A stretch of DNA of 64,000 bases, from NCBI GenBank assembly GCA_039033995.1, contig JBCCBP010000001.1, positions 22,201 to 86,200 of the forward strand, in the 5' to 3' direction. This DNA comes from Pseudomonadota bacterium. Its GTDB lineage: Bacteria; Pseudomonadota; Gammaproteobacteria; Steroidobacterales; Woeseiaceae. The notes beneath the pieces are model-generated. The model was not told where the DNA came from. It did not search any database and saw only the letters and a list, made by a program, of their open reading frames with translations. Positions 52,707-61,707 of the stretch are shown here, piece after piece. Numbering within the stretch: position 1 is the first letter of the stretch; each line of letters opens with the position of its first letter. The position numbers and the translations under genes were made by a program.

Positions 52707-54539
52707 ATGTGTGGAATTGTAGGTGCGATTGCGGAGCGCAACGTTGTACCGATCCTCATCGAAGGACTGAAGCGACTCGAATACCGGGGATACGACTCGG
52801 CAGGTGTATCCGTATTGCAGCAAGATGGCACGCTGGGCTTGCGTCGCGCGGTTGGCAAAGTGGCGGGCCTGGTCGACAAGCTTGATGCCGATCCGATGGG
52901 CGGCAAGCTGGGCGTCGCGCACACACGCTGGGCAACACACGGCGGTGTGACAGAAGCCAACGCTCACCCGCATTTGTCGGAAGATCGTATTGCGGTCATT
53001 CACAACGGCGTGATCGAGAATTTCCAGCCGATCAAAGACGAACTGCTGGCGAAGGGCTATACGTTCAAATCCGAAACCGATACTGAAGTCGCGGCGCATC
53101 TGGTTACGGATTACCTGAAGTCTGGCCTACCGCTGCTCGAAGCTGTCAGCAAAGCCGTGAAGCGTTTTGAAGGTGCCTATGCGCTGCTGGTTGCGGATCG
53201 CGAAGACCCGGAGCGCTTCATCGTGAGCCGCGTGGCCAGCCCGCTCGTGATCGGCCTCGGCATTGGCGAGAACTTCGTCGCCAGTGGCATTCAGGCGCTG
53301 CTGCCGGTCACGCAACGCTTTATCTACCTTGAGCAAGGCGATCTCGCCGAGATCACGCGCGACTCGGTTGTGATCTACGATACCGACGGCAACAAAGTCG
53401 AACGCGAAATTCACGAAACCAAGATCAATAGTGATGCGGCGGACAAAGGGCCGTATCGCCACTACATGCTCAAAGAGATCTTCGAGCAGCCGGCGGCGTT
53501 GACCGACACGTTGTACGGGCGCGTCAGTGACCAGCGCGTGCTGCCGGATTCACTCGGACCGCGTGCTGCCGAGCTGCTACCGCAAGTGGAGAACATCCAC
53601 ATCGTCGCGTGCGGCACGAGTTATCACGCAGGGGCTGTTGGTAAATATTGGTTTGAATCGCTGGCGGGCGTGCCGTGCCAGGTAGAGATCGCGAGCGAAT
53701 ACCGCTATCGCAAAGTGATTGTCCCGCCGAATACCTTGTTCGTCACGTTGTCACAGTCCGGCGAAACGGCCGACACGCTGGAAGCACTGCGCATTGCGAA
53801 AGAGTCGGGCTACATCGGCTCGCTGACCATCTGTAACAGCGCGCACAGCTCGATGGTGCGTGAGTCGGATCTCGTCATGATGACGCAGGCCGGACCGGAG
53901 ATTGGTGTCGCCAGTACCAAGGCCTTCACCACCCAGCTGATCTCGGTGCTGCTTGTGACCTTGATGCTGGCGCGTCATCGCGGCATGAGCGATGAGAAAG
54001 AGGCGGAGCTGGTGCCGCATTTGTATCGCGTCGCATCAGCGGTGGAAGACACACTGAAGATGGACGAATACCTGCAACATATCGCCGAAGATTTTGCGGA
54101 GAAGCATCATACGCTGTTCCTCGGTCGTGGCCCGATGTGGCCGGTGGCGATGGAAGGTGCGCTGAAGCTCAAAGAGATTTCGTACATTCACGCGGAAGCC
54201 TACGCAGCCGGCGAGCTCAAGCATGGTCCGTTAGCATTAATCGACGAAGAAATGCCTGTCGTGGTCGTCGCGCCGAACAACGATCTGCTCGACAAACTGA
54301 AATCGAATATGCAGGTTGTGCGCGCTCGTGGTGGACAGTTGTACGTGTTCGCGGACAGCAATACCGGCATCGAGAGCGAAGAAGGCATTCGCGTGATCGA
54401 GATGCCGCACGTTGATCGCCTCATCGCACCGATCGTCTACACGGTACCGCTGCAGCTGCTGTCGTACTACGTCGCGTTGCTGAAAGGTACGGATGTCGAT
54501 CAGCCGCGTAACCTGGCCAAGAGTGTGACGGTGGAGTGA
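52707..54539 (+). CDS. glmS: Glutamine--fructose-6-phosphate aminotransferase
   Basis: N-terminal nucleophile MCGIVGA, SIS domains, and the canonical C-terminus …[13 protein letters not shown]. Confidence 0.98.
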   Translation: MCGIVGAIAERNVVPILIEGLKRLEYRGYDSAGVSVLQQDGTLGLRRAVGKVAGLVDKLDADPMGGKLGVAHTRWATHGGVTEANAHPHLSEDRIAVIHNGVIENFQPIKDELLAKGYTFKSETDTEVAAHLVTDYLKSGLPLLEAVSKAVKRFEGAYALLVADREDPERFIVSRVASPLVIGLGIGENFVASGIQALLPVTQRFIYLEQGDLAEITRDSVVIYDTDGNKVEREIHETKINSDAADKGPYRHYMLKEIFEQPAALTDTLYGRVSDQRVLPDSLGPRAAELLPQVENIHIVACGTSYHAGAVGKYWFESLAGVPCQVEIASEYRYRKVIVPPNTLFVTLSQSGETADTLEALRIAKESGYIGSLTICNSAHSSMVRESDLVMMTQAGPEIGVASTKAFTTQLISVLLVTLMLARHRGMSDEKEAELVPHLYRVASAVEDTLKMDEYLQHIAEDFAEKHHTLFLGRGPMWPVAMEGALKLKEISYIHAEAYAAGELKHGPLALIDEEMPVVVVAPNNDLLDKLKSNMQVVRARGGQLYVFADSNTGIESEEGIRVIEMPHVDRLIAPIVYTVPLQLLSYYVALLKGTDVDQPRNLAKSVTVE

Positions 54540-54664
54540 TCGAGCGCCGTCGTCGTTGATTTTGATAATTGCTGGGAATTGAATCACAAAAGTGTCTCGA
54601 TCAGGTTGACGAGGCTAGTGTGTACATTGCCTCGCGCTTTGCCGTCCATTTGAGAGTAGTTGTC

Positions 54665-55159
54665 ATGAAAAGACTTATTCCTAGCATTGCTGCTTTGATT
54701 GTGTTGATTGGGCTCAGTGCTTGTGTCACGCAAGTGCCCGGTACGACAGCGCAGAGCGCATCCAACCCGGAAGCGCGAGAATATTTCTATTTGCGACCTG
54801 AGGTAGAGAAAGCGTTCGGATACACGCACGCCGTCAAGGTCGGCAATCTCGTCAAGATATCCGGCGCCGTAAGCATGGACAGCCAAGGTAACCCGACCGC
54901 TGTCGGTGATCTCGAACAGCAGATGAAGAATGTCTACGGTGACCTTCAGCAAATTCTTACGCACTACGATTTAACGTTTGACGACGTCATTGTTGAGAAC
55001 GTGTTCACGACTGACATGGCGAAATTTCTTGAAGTTGCAGCCTACCGCAGCTCGATCTACACCGATCAATTTCCGACCGGTACCTGGCTCGAAGTGAAAG
55101 GGCTTGCATTACCGACGTTTCTGATCGAGATAGAGCTTGAGGCTCATAGCGCTCAATAG
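54665..55159 (+). CDS. RidA/YjgF-family protein with lipoprotein signal peptide
   Basis: Trimmed to MKRLIPSIAALIVLIGLSAC.... A RidA-like core (…VKVGNLVKISG…, …IEIELEA…). Confidence 0.75.
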   Translation: MKRLIPSIAALIVLIGLSACVTQVPGTTAQSASNPEAREYFYLRPEVEKAFGYTHAVKVGNLVKISGAVSMDSQGNPTAVGDLEQQMKNVYGDLQQILTHYDLTFDDVIVENVFTTDMAKFLEVAAYRSSIYTDQFPTGTWLEVKGLALPTFLIEIELEAHSAQ

Positions 55160-55292
55160 GAACGTGCTGGTTGTTGTGTGAGTTTCGATGTCGAAAATTT
55201 ACCGGACGCAAAAAAGATAGAGAGAATTAGTCTCTATCGGCTGCATTGCTACTGATGGTAATGTGAACCGATCGCCGTTGTGAGTCACCAAA

Positions 55293-56018
55293 ATGATATG
55301 GACTGAACAATCTCTTTCGTCGCTCACGGTAAAAGATGGCTTTCGGATGCGCGGTGAGAATATGACGCGCATCGAAGTGTTCTCCGACGCAGCCTTCGCG
55401 TTTGCGGTTACGATGCTCGTCATTTCGCTCAGCACGATCCCACAGAATTTTGGTGAGCTTATCGCTGCAGTGTTTCGGATCCCTTCGTTTGCTGCCAGCT
55501 TCGCCATCATGATGCTGATTTGGATCACGCATCGGCGCTGGTGCGAGCGTTTTGGATTAGATGACGGCGTCTCGACGTTCTTAACACTCGCATTGATTTT
55601 TGTCGTTCTCATATACGTATACCCGCTCAAGCTATTAATGGACTTGATGTTCTATGCGTTCTCGCAGCGCTGGTTTCCGACAGACTTCCAGGTATCCGAT
55701 ACCAGTCAAGTTGCACTCATCGTCGCAATATTCAGTGTCGGTTTCTTTCTCATTGCATTGATACAATCCGGCCTCTATCTGAGAGCGATGTCTCGAAACG
55801 ATGACTTATGCCTGAACCCGCTAGAGCAGTTGCTGGTGCGTAAGGAAGTGTTTGTGTGGTTGGCGCTGTCCACTTCAGCGTTGTTGGTGGCGCTGATGGC
55901 GTTGGCTTTCAAGTCTTCTATTGGTTATCTCGCCGGGATTGGCTATAGCCTGACGCCGGTGATTATCTTCTTTGCCACACGTCCGACGAGAAGGGCAATA
56001 CAGGCCAAAGAGCTTTAA
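55293..56018 (+). CDS. TMEM175-family (DUF1211) potassium-channel-like membrane protein
   Basis: The signature RxxxFSD on the first TM helix (TRIEVFSDAAFAFAVTMLV) and about 6 TM segments. The true start may be an internal ATG at 55347 or 55362. Confidence 0.78.
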   Translation: MIWTEQSLSSLTVKDGFRMRGENMTRIEVFSDAAFAFAVTMLVISLSTIPQNFGELIAAVFRIPSFAASFAIMMLIWITHRRWCERFGLDDGVSTFLTLALIFVVLIYVYPLKLLMDLMFYAFSQRWFPTDFQVSDTSQVALIVAIFSVGFFLIALIQSGLYLRAMSRNDDLCLNPLEQLLVRKEVFVWLALSTSALLVALMALAFKSSIGYLAGIGYSLTPVIIFFATRPTRRAIQAKEL

Positions 56019-56307
56019 ACAACAAGCGAGGATCCGTCAGGTCGCACAGATGCTCTGATAACACGCATTCGGTGCTCTTATCACGACGGCGGGTACAAAC
56101 CATTTGTGGTGGAATAGCCTTTAGCGCTATTCCCGCTCACGGCTGACATCCCCACTTTATTTTTCGATGCGGCGCGAAGAATCATTGCGCTGCCCGGCAG
56201 TCACTTGTGACGCTCTTCCTGCAAGCTCGCCATCGTTGGCGGCAGCGTCATTAGTTGTTCAGCGCCCGCCTTCAGCGAGAAACTGAGTCGCCTTCGCGTA
56301 TGTATCG

Positions 56308-56802
56308 CTAGAGCCCAACGAGAATCACCATCAATGCAAGGCTTACCGCACATGCATTGATGGTTCTTATGAGGTTCCAGCGTACCCAACGTGGCTCGAA
56401 CGCACGGCGAGCATCATGCAGCGCGTCGGCGTTCATGCGCTCAACATCCAACCGCTGAAGCGCATTGTTGAGTGGAATGTTGACCGTAAATGTCGGTATC
56501 TGAACGCCGACGATATACCAGATCGCGCTGGTGACAGTGACCGCGCGCATGACGCCGTCGAGCTGCAATACGGCCAACGCAGCAGCCACGATGATGGCGA
56601 CCAGCGAACCAACCCAAACAACACCAAACGCGGCTTGCCCTGCTTGAATAACGCCATCGATCATCTGAAACGCACGAATGAAGCCTTTGTCGTCGAGCTT
56701 TGTGAGGCCTGGCATCACGATTGATGAGAACGCAAACACGAGGCCCGCCGTTAAGGCGCATAACAATGTGGCTACGATCAGTGTGACGGTCAAAACATCC
56801 AC
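56308..56802 (-). CDS. DUF1772 (anthrone-oxygenase-like) membrane protein
   Basis: A 164-aa 4-TM protein with a DUF1772-like N-terminal pattern, as I recall the family. A strong AGGAGGGTGAGG Shine-Dalgarno sequence is present. Confidence 0.65.
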   Translation of the reverse strand: MDVLTVTLIVATLLCALTAGLVFAFSSIVMPGLTKLDDKGFIRAFQMIDGVIQAGQAAFGVVWVGSLVAIIVAAALAVLQLDGVMRAVTVTSAIWYIVGVQIPTFTVNIPLNNALQRLDVERMNADALHDARRAFEPRWVRWNLIRTINACAVSLALMVILVGL

Positions 56803-56864
56803 TGCCTCACCCTCCTATTAGCTGATGCGCGAGTCTCGTATGCGTATCGACACACAGCGTACGA

Positions 56865-57716
56865 CTATGCCGCCGCACGCCACACGCCTGTATCTGCGAC
56901 GGCGTTGGCGTAGTCCGCAAAGTCTCTGGGTGTCCGACCCAGCGCGCGTTGTACCCCATCCGTGATGTGCGCATTCCGCCCGTCGAGCACCGTTGCAAAC
57001 AAATAGTCCAGCATCCAGACGACATCTCTTGGTGCACCGGACGCGGCGACCTCTTGTACAAACACCTCATGCGGCACTGGCGTGTAGGTGATCGTTCGTC
57101 CTGTCGCACGCGACAGCTCGTTAGCGATGTCCGACAGCGTTAGTAACCGAGGGCCGGTGACTTCATAAATTTCTCCGACATGACCCGTTTCCGTCAACGC
57201 CGCGACGGCGACGTCTGCGATGTCGTCGGCATCGACGAACGGTTCTGGTGTTGCTACATCTGGCAAAGTGATGTTGCCAGCTTGCACCATATCGACGAAG
57301 GCCCCTTCCGAAAAATTCTGATTGAACCAACTTGCGCGAACGATCGTCCAGTCTATACCGCTGCGCTTGACGATCGCTTCGCAGACTTGTGCTTCCGATT
57401 CTCCTCGTCCTGACAACAAGACGAGTTGCTGTACACCGGCGTCGCGTGCGCGCTGCGTCAGCGCACTGATCGCATTCGCTGCGCCGGGGATCGCCAGGTC
57501 AGGAGCATAGTTGATATAGATCTTTGTCACGCCGTCGAGACTCGACGCCCAGGTTGCTGGATCATTCCAGTCGAAAGCTGGTGATGCGGTTCGTGATCCC
57601 ACCCGTACGGCTACGCCTAGAGCGTTGAGGCGAGCCACAATACGACGTCCTGTCTTGCCAGTGCCGCCCAGCACGAGGATCAGCTCGCCGGGGTTTGTAA
57701 TCTTCTGTGTCGTCAT
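56865..57716 (-). CDS. NmrA-family NAD(P)-binding protein
   Basis: Trimmed to MTTQKITNPGELILVLGGTGKTGRRIV.... Rossmann motif GGTGKTG and an AGGAA Shine-Dalgarno sequence. Confidence 0.85.
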   Translation of the reverse strand: MTTQKITNPGELILVLGGTGKTGRRIVARLNALGVAVRVGSRTASPAFDWNDPATWASSLDGVTKIYINYAPDLAIPGAANAISALTQRARDAGVQQLVLLSGRGESEAQVCEAIVKRSGIDWTIVRASWFNQNFSEGAFVDMVQAGNITLPDVATPEPFVDADDIADVAVAALTETGHVGEIYEVTGPRLLTLSDIANELSRATGRTITYTPVPHEVFVQEVAASGAPRDVVWMLDYLFATVLDGRNAHITDGVQRALGRTPRDFADYANAVADTGVWRAAA

Positions 57717-57757
57717 TTGTCTATTCCTATTTGGTATCTTGATGTGATCGATCGCGT

Positions 57758-58024
57758 TCAACCGCGCGAATCGATGTCAGGTCGCTCGCATAACCAACCG
57801 GCCGATAGGTACTTCAATGCGGGCATGATGATGTAAGTCATCATCATTACGATGACTGCGACCGCCACAGCCGTGAGCAGTAAGCGCGGTGCGCTGAGCG
57901 CCTCGGCCAGCGCTGGTGGTATTAGGTAGACCGGCGCGAGTAGACCTAAGAACGTCAGCAGTGCAAGCTTGTAGCGTTTCGGTTTGCCGCATCGTGTCGC
58001 GTTGTTTTGGTCTGACACACGCAT
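57758..58024 (-). CDS. Small two-TM membrane protein
   Basis: Trimmed to MRVSDQNN... with a GGAGAA Shine-Dalgarno sequence. Two hydrophobic helices, sandwiched in the operon. It resembles membrane tails fused to ABM-type monooxygenases, from recollection only. Confidence 0.5.
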   Translation of the reverse strand: MRVSDQNNATRCGKPKRYKLALLTFLGLLAPVYLIPPALAEALSAPRLLLTAVAVAVIVMMMTYIIMPALKYLSAGWLCERPDIDSRG

Positions 58025-58047
58025 CGAATTCTCCGTCGTGGCATCGC

Positions 58048-58671
58048 CTAAGCGGCGGCGCTCGCACGTACTTGGTTGACGAGAATGGACCAATCCATAC
58101 CGAGCGCGCGGTAAACCTCTTCGGCTTCGGGTGCTGCGTTGTCGGCAAGAATCTCAACCATCAAACTGGCACCGTCCGCAACCACGACACCGCTTTGCGA
58201 AAGCCTCGCCATACCCGTTTCTCGTTTCGTACGATCGAACGTGCCGCTTGCATCCACCGCGACATACGCCTCAAAACCCTCTCTGACAGCACGCATGGCC
58301 GGAAACGCGGCGCACACTTCTAATGAAATGCCGGAGAAGATCAACTTGCTGCGCCCGGTCGCTCGTATCGCTGCCTCTACACGCGGGTCGTCCCAGGCGT
58401 TGACCGTCGTTCGATCGATAAACGTGTGGTTGGGCAGCGCGGCTTGTAGCTCGGGGAAAGCAGGTCCCCATAGCGTCTCAGACGACGTGGTGGTTGTGAC
58501 GATCGGCAAGTCCAGTGCCTGAGCTGCGTTTGCCAGGCCGACGATGTTGTGTTTTAGCTCAGCAATCGAGTAGTCGCGTACGCCCGTCATAAGACCGACT
58601 TGTTGATCAACAAAAACGACGGCCGTATTGTCTGCGGTGAGTGGCTCGGGATTATGTACTTGTTTGCTCAT
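58048..58671 (-). CDS. Isochorismatase-family cysteine hydrolase
   Basis: Trimmed to MSKQVHNPEPL... with an AAGGAGAG Shine-Dalgarno sequence. …AVVFVDQQVG… (catalytic Asp), …KLIFSGISLEVCAAF… (catalytic Cys). Confidence 0.85.
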   Translation of the reverse strand: MSKQVHNPEPLTADNTAVVFVDQQVGLMTGVRDYSIAELKHNIVGLANAAQALDLPIVTTTTSSETLWGPAFPELQAALPNHTFIDRTTVNAWDDPRVEAAIRATGRSKLIFSGISLEVCAAFPAMRAVREGFEAYVAVDASGTFDRTKRETGMARLSQSGVVVADGASLMVEILADNAAPEAEEVYRALGMDWSILVNQVRASAAA

Positions 58672-58721
58672 TGGTCTCTCCTTAGAAAATTGCATGGCAG
58701 GTCGGTTAAGTACCAATTGCG

Positions 58722-59618
58722 CTAAGCAATGGCGCCGAACTCGCCTGCGTTGTAGGCGTTAGTCGCCGTGTTGATTTCCTCGATACTGCCCATCACAAAT
58801 GGGCCTTGTTGGACAAACGGCTCTCGCACCGCTTGCCCAGCAAAAATGACAAACCGGCTGTTTCGTCGGTTATCGCCCATGACATGCACAGAGTCGGATG
58901 CACTACCGCTCGCGTTGTTGATGGCAATCGCTTGACCCGGTTTGAGTCGCGTACGGTGCTGCGCATTGGCGACGTCGATCGCGTTGTCTATCGCATGCAC
59001 CCATGCGTTATGGCCCGCGGGCAGCACATGCCTGAACTCGCCGAGCGCACCGAGTTCACCATCGAGAATCGTCATTGGCAGTCCCGGCGCCTCGGCACCG
59101 ATGACACCATTGGACCGGCCCATGGCGACACGCACGCGATGCGCGTCGGTTTGAATCAGTGGCATATCGCGGCGACGCACCAACAGCGATTCCGGTGCAT
59201 CGAACCGCAGCGCCTGCCCTACATTTACGAACACCTGCAGACCGTGGGTACGCGCTCCCTGCCTTGGCGATTCGTTATGGATTGCGCCACGGCCCGCTTT
59301 CAGCCAATACAAGTCGCCAGGCAACAAATCGAAATCGTTGCCGAGCGAGTCACGGTTGTGAAAGCGCCCTTCACTGTCTTCGAGAATGAGCGAGACTGCC
59401 GATAGTCCCGCGTGCGGATGCGTGCCGAACGTAGGTTCGGTCATGACATAGTGATCGACCAGCACGAGGGGATCCATTGCTGATCCGACGTCTCGAGCGC
59501 GGAAACTCTGCGCGGAAAACCCGTCTCCGATAGCCACCTGCGCGCCATCGATGGCTGCAGGCGTTGCATCTTGGTCCCCGCTAGCGGGATAAGTCTGCTT
59601 GTTCGCTGGCATGTTCAT
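58722..59618 (-). CDS. Pirin-family protein
   Basis: A cupin metal site (…GTHPHAGLSAVSLILE…) and a bicupin length. The start is ambiguous: TTG 59630, ATG 59618 or ATG 59612. Confidence 0.85.
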   Translation of the reverse strand: MNMPANKQTYPASGDQDATPAAIDGAQVAIGDGFSAQSFRARDVGSAMDPLVLVDHYVMTEPTFGTHPHAGLSAVSLILEDSEGRFHNRDSLGNDFDLLPGDLYWLKAGRGAIHNESPRQGARTHGLQVFVNVGQALRFDAPESLLVRRRDMPLIQTDAHRVRVAMGRSNGVIGAEAPGLPMTILDGELGALGEFRHVLPAGHNAWVHAIDNAIDVANAQHRTRLKPGQAIAINNASGSASDSVHVMGDNRRNSRFVIFAGQAVREPFVQQGPFVMGSIEEINTATNAYNAGEFGAIA

Positions 59619-59755
59619 GTGATTTCTCAACGACTGTTGTATGACATTGGAGAGAGCTTAAATGCGGAACAATGGGTTTGAGAACCGGGAAAATTTGAAA
59701 TATCTGTTCTAAAAATGGAATAATAAATGAGAGTGACGCAACGCGGGACACGGGA

Positions 59756-60667
59756 TTGCCGAAAACCGACCTCAATGACTACTTCTATTTCGTGCATGTG
59801 GTTGAGAAACGCGGCTTCTCTGCCGCGTCCGAGGCACTCGGTGTGCCGAAGTCACGCTTGAGTCGGCATGTCCGGCAACTCGAGGACAGACTCGATGCGC
59901 AATTGATTCAGCGCACCACACGCCAATTCCACGTCACGGATCTCGGGCAGACTTTCTATGTCCACGCGCGGTCGGTCGTCGACAATATGGAGCAAGCCGA
60001 GAACGCGGTGCAGCGACAACAGAATCAACTGTCAGGCAATGTCACGATTAGTTGTTCTGTCGGCGTTGCGCAGTTCGCTTTGAAGCGGCTGATTGCTCAA
60101 TTCTTGGTCGCCTATCCGCTGGTCTCGGTATCTCAACATGTCACCAATCGTAAGATCGATCTGGTGGCCTCCGGCGTGGATCTGGCGATCCGAGGCCACG
60201 CGACGCAATTGCCCGATTCGTCGCTGATTCAGCGCCCGCTCGCGCATGTCGAATGGCAGCTTTTTGCGGCCAACGACTACGAACACGATCATGGCATATT
60301 GGTGGGCCCTTCCGATATCGATCCGCAACAAACACTGGCGTTGGGCTGGCAAGCCCCACAAGGCCAATGGCGGCTGCAGCACGTATCGGGCGAGCAGCAA
60401 ATAGTGGACATCCTGCCGCGACTGAAAAGCGATGATATGTCGACACTGAAATCCGCGGCCGCCGCGGGCACCGGTGTCGTCGCTTTGCCAGCTTATACTT
60501 GCCGCGACGACCTCGCGCGTGGTCGGTTGCGACGTGTGCTGCCGGACTGGCACGCCGGCAACGCACAACTGAGTCTGGTGTCTTCGACGCGAAAAACCAA
60601 GCCGCAAGCGGTTTCTGCTTTGCAGTCCTTTCTCGTGGAAAAGTTTGCGGATACGGTAGTCGCGTGA
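59756..60667 (+). CDS. LysR-family transcriptional regulator
   Basis: N-terminal wHTH (…YFVHVVEKRGFSAASEALGVPKSRLSRHVRQLE…). It is divergent from the pirin operon. TTG start. Confidence 0.9.
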   Translation: MPKTDLNDYFYFVHVVEKRGFSAASEALGVPKSRLSRHVRQLEDRLDAQLIQRTTRQFHVTDLGQTFYVHARSVVDNMEQAENAVQRQQNQLSGNVTISCSVGVAQFALKRLIAQFLVAYPLVSVSQHVTNRKIDLVASGVDLAIRGHATQLPDSSLIQRPLAHVEWQLFAANDYEHDHGILVGPSDIDPQQTLALGWQAPQGQWRLQHVSGEQQIVDILPRLKSDDMSTLKSAAAAGTGVVALPAYTCRDDLARGRLRRVLPDWHAGNAQLSLVSSTRKTKPQAVSALQSFLVEKFADTVVA

Positions 60668-61057
60668 TTCGAACGGTGTGGGCATGCAAGTGACTAGCGC
60701 GGAATAGCGATACATCGGCTAGCACTCGCAATCGACGGTCAAACCGGATGTGATACCGGCTCTGTCAGTCGTTGGACGATGCGTTCGGAAAAATCGCAAA
60801 CTGTTGAGGTCTATGCTCGAGCAACACTTGCTGAAGCCCGCTGGTTCTGCATCAAGAAAGGCTGTTGTAGTGACATTCCCAATGTCCCATGCTGCGTGCC
60901 ACTTGTAGCAAAGTGGTATACATTCGGAAGGGCGACTAGCAACGAAAGCACACAACCGCGTCGTTGCGGACGCGACCTTCCTATTAAGTATCTCCCTTTT
61001 AGAAAAGACTGGTTCGTGAATTCAAACTCGGCAGATTTTGGCGCTACTGACGACGCA

Positions 61058-61636
61058 ATGTTGGACTGTTTGCAGCGGGACTTTCTTCGCTTCGACATTC
61101 GAGTGACCGATACCGTATGGGATCAGTTCCGAAATGGATTGGATTTCGCGCGCTTTGAGCGCGACACGGTCATCGAATCCGCCACAGAAATAGCAGGTCG
61201 CTGGTTGTTTGTCTGTAGCGGCATCGTCGCATCGCGACAGACGCACACGGATGGTGAGATCTCGATTGCTCGATTCTTTGAGCGTGGTCAGATGTGTGCC
61301 AATCTAACGAGCGTTTGGGCGCAAAGTTATTCGGCGGATGATCTACTAGCGATGACGGCAGTAGAAGCGCTCGTGATTCCTGATTCGCTCTTTCGCGACG
61401 AGTTAATAAATGGCGAAGATTTCGGTCGTTACTTCCGTCACAAAGCGATGGAAACGCTTTGCTTTGACAAGGAAATCATGTCGGCCAAAACGAGAATAGA
61501 TACCGAGACTCGGTATCGATTCCTGGAACAGCACTATGCCTCCGTTTTGGAGAATGTTCGTCAACGCGACATCGCTGCGTTCATCGGAATTACGCCGCAA
61601 GGACTCAGCCGGTTTAAACGCCACCGCCATAAGTAA
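61058..61636 (+). CDS. Crp/Fnr-family-like transcriptional regulator
   Basis: A beta-barrel-like N-terminal half (…WLFVCSGIVASRQTHTDGEISIARFF…) and a C-terminal HTH (…VRQRDIAAFIGITPQGLSRFKR…). The start was chosen at an internal ATG and the upstream part of the track ORF looks non-coding. Confidence 0.65.
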   Translation: MLDCLQRDFLRFDIRVTDTVWDQFRNGLDFARFERDTVIESATEIAGRWLFVCSGIVASRQTHTDGEISIARFFERGQMCANLTSVWAQSYSADDLLAMTAVEALVIPDSLFRDELINGEDFGRYFRHKAMETLCFDKEIMSAKTRIDTETRYRFLEQHYASVLENVRQRDIAAFIGITPQGLSRFKRHRHK

Positions 61637-61707
61637 GTTAACCCGTGTTAAGTCCGTAAGTACTGCCATCCAGTACTCTGTCCCCAGGCAAGTTTTAGGA
61701 CAGAGCA

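Noticed and set aside
54540-54664. A Tn7 or Tn7-like insertion immediately downstream of glmS.
   Set aside because: The window contains no TnsABCD-like, integrase or transposase ORFs. I also could not recognise Tn7-end repeat motifs in the 125 bp after the glmS stop. The island observation is kept, but not the mobile-element call.
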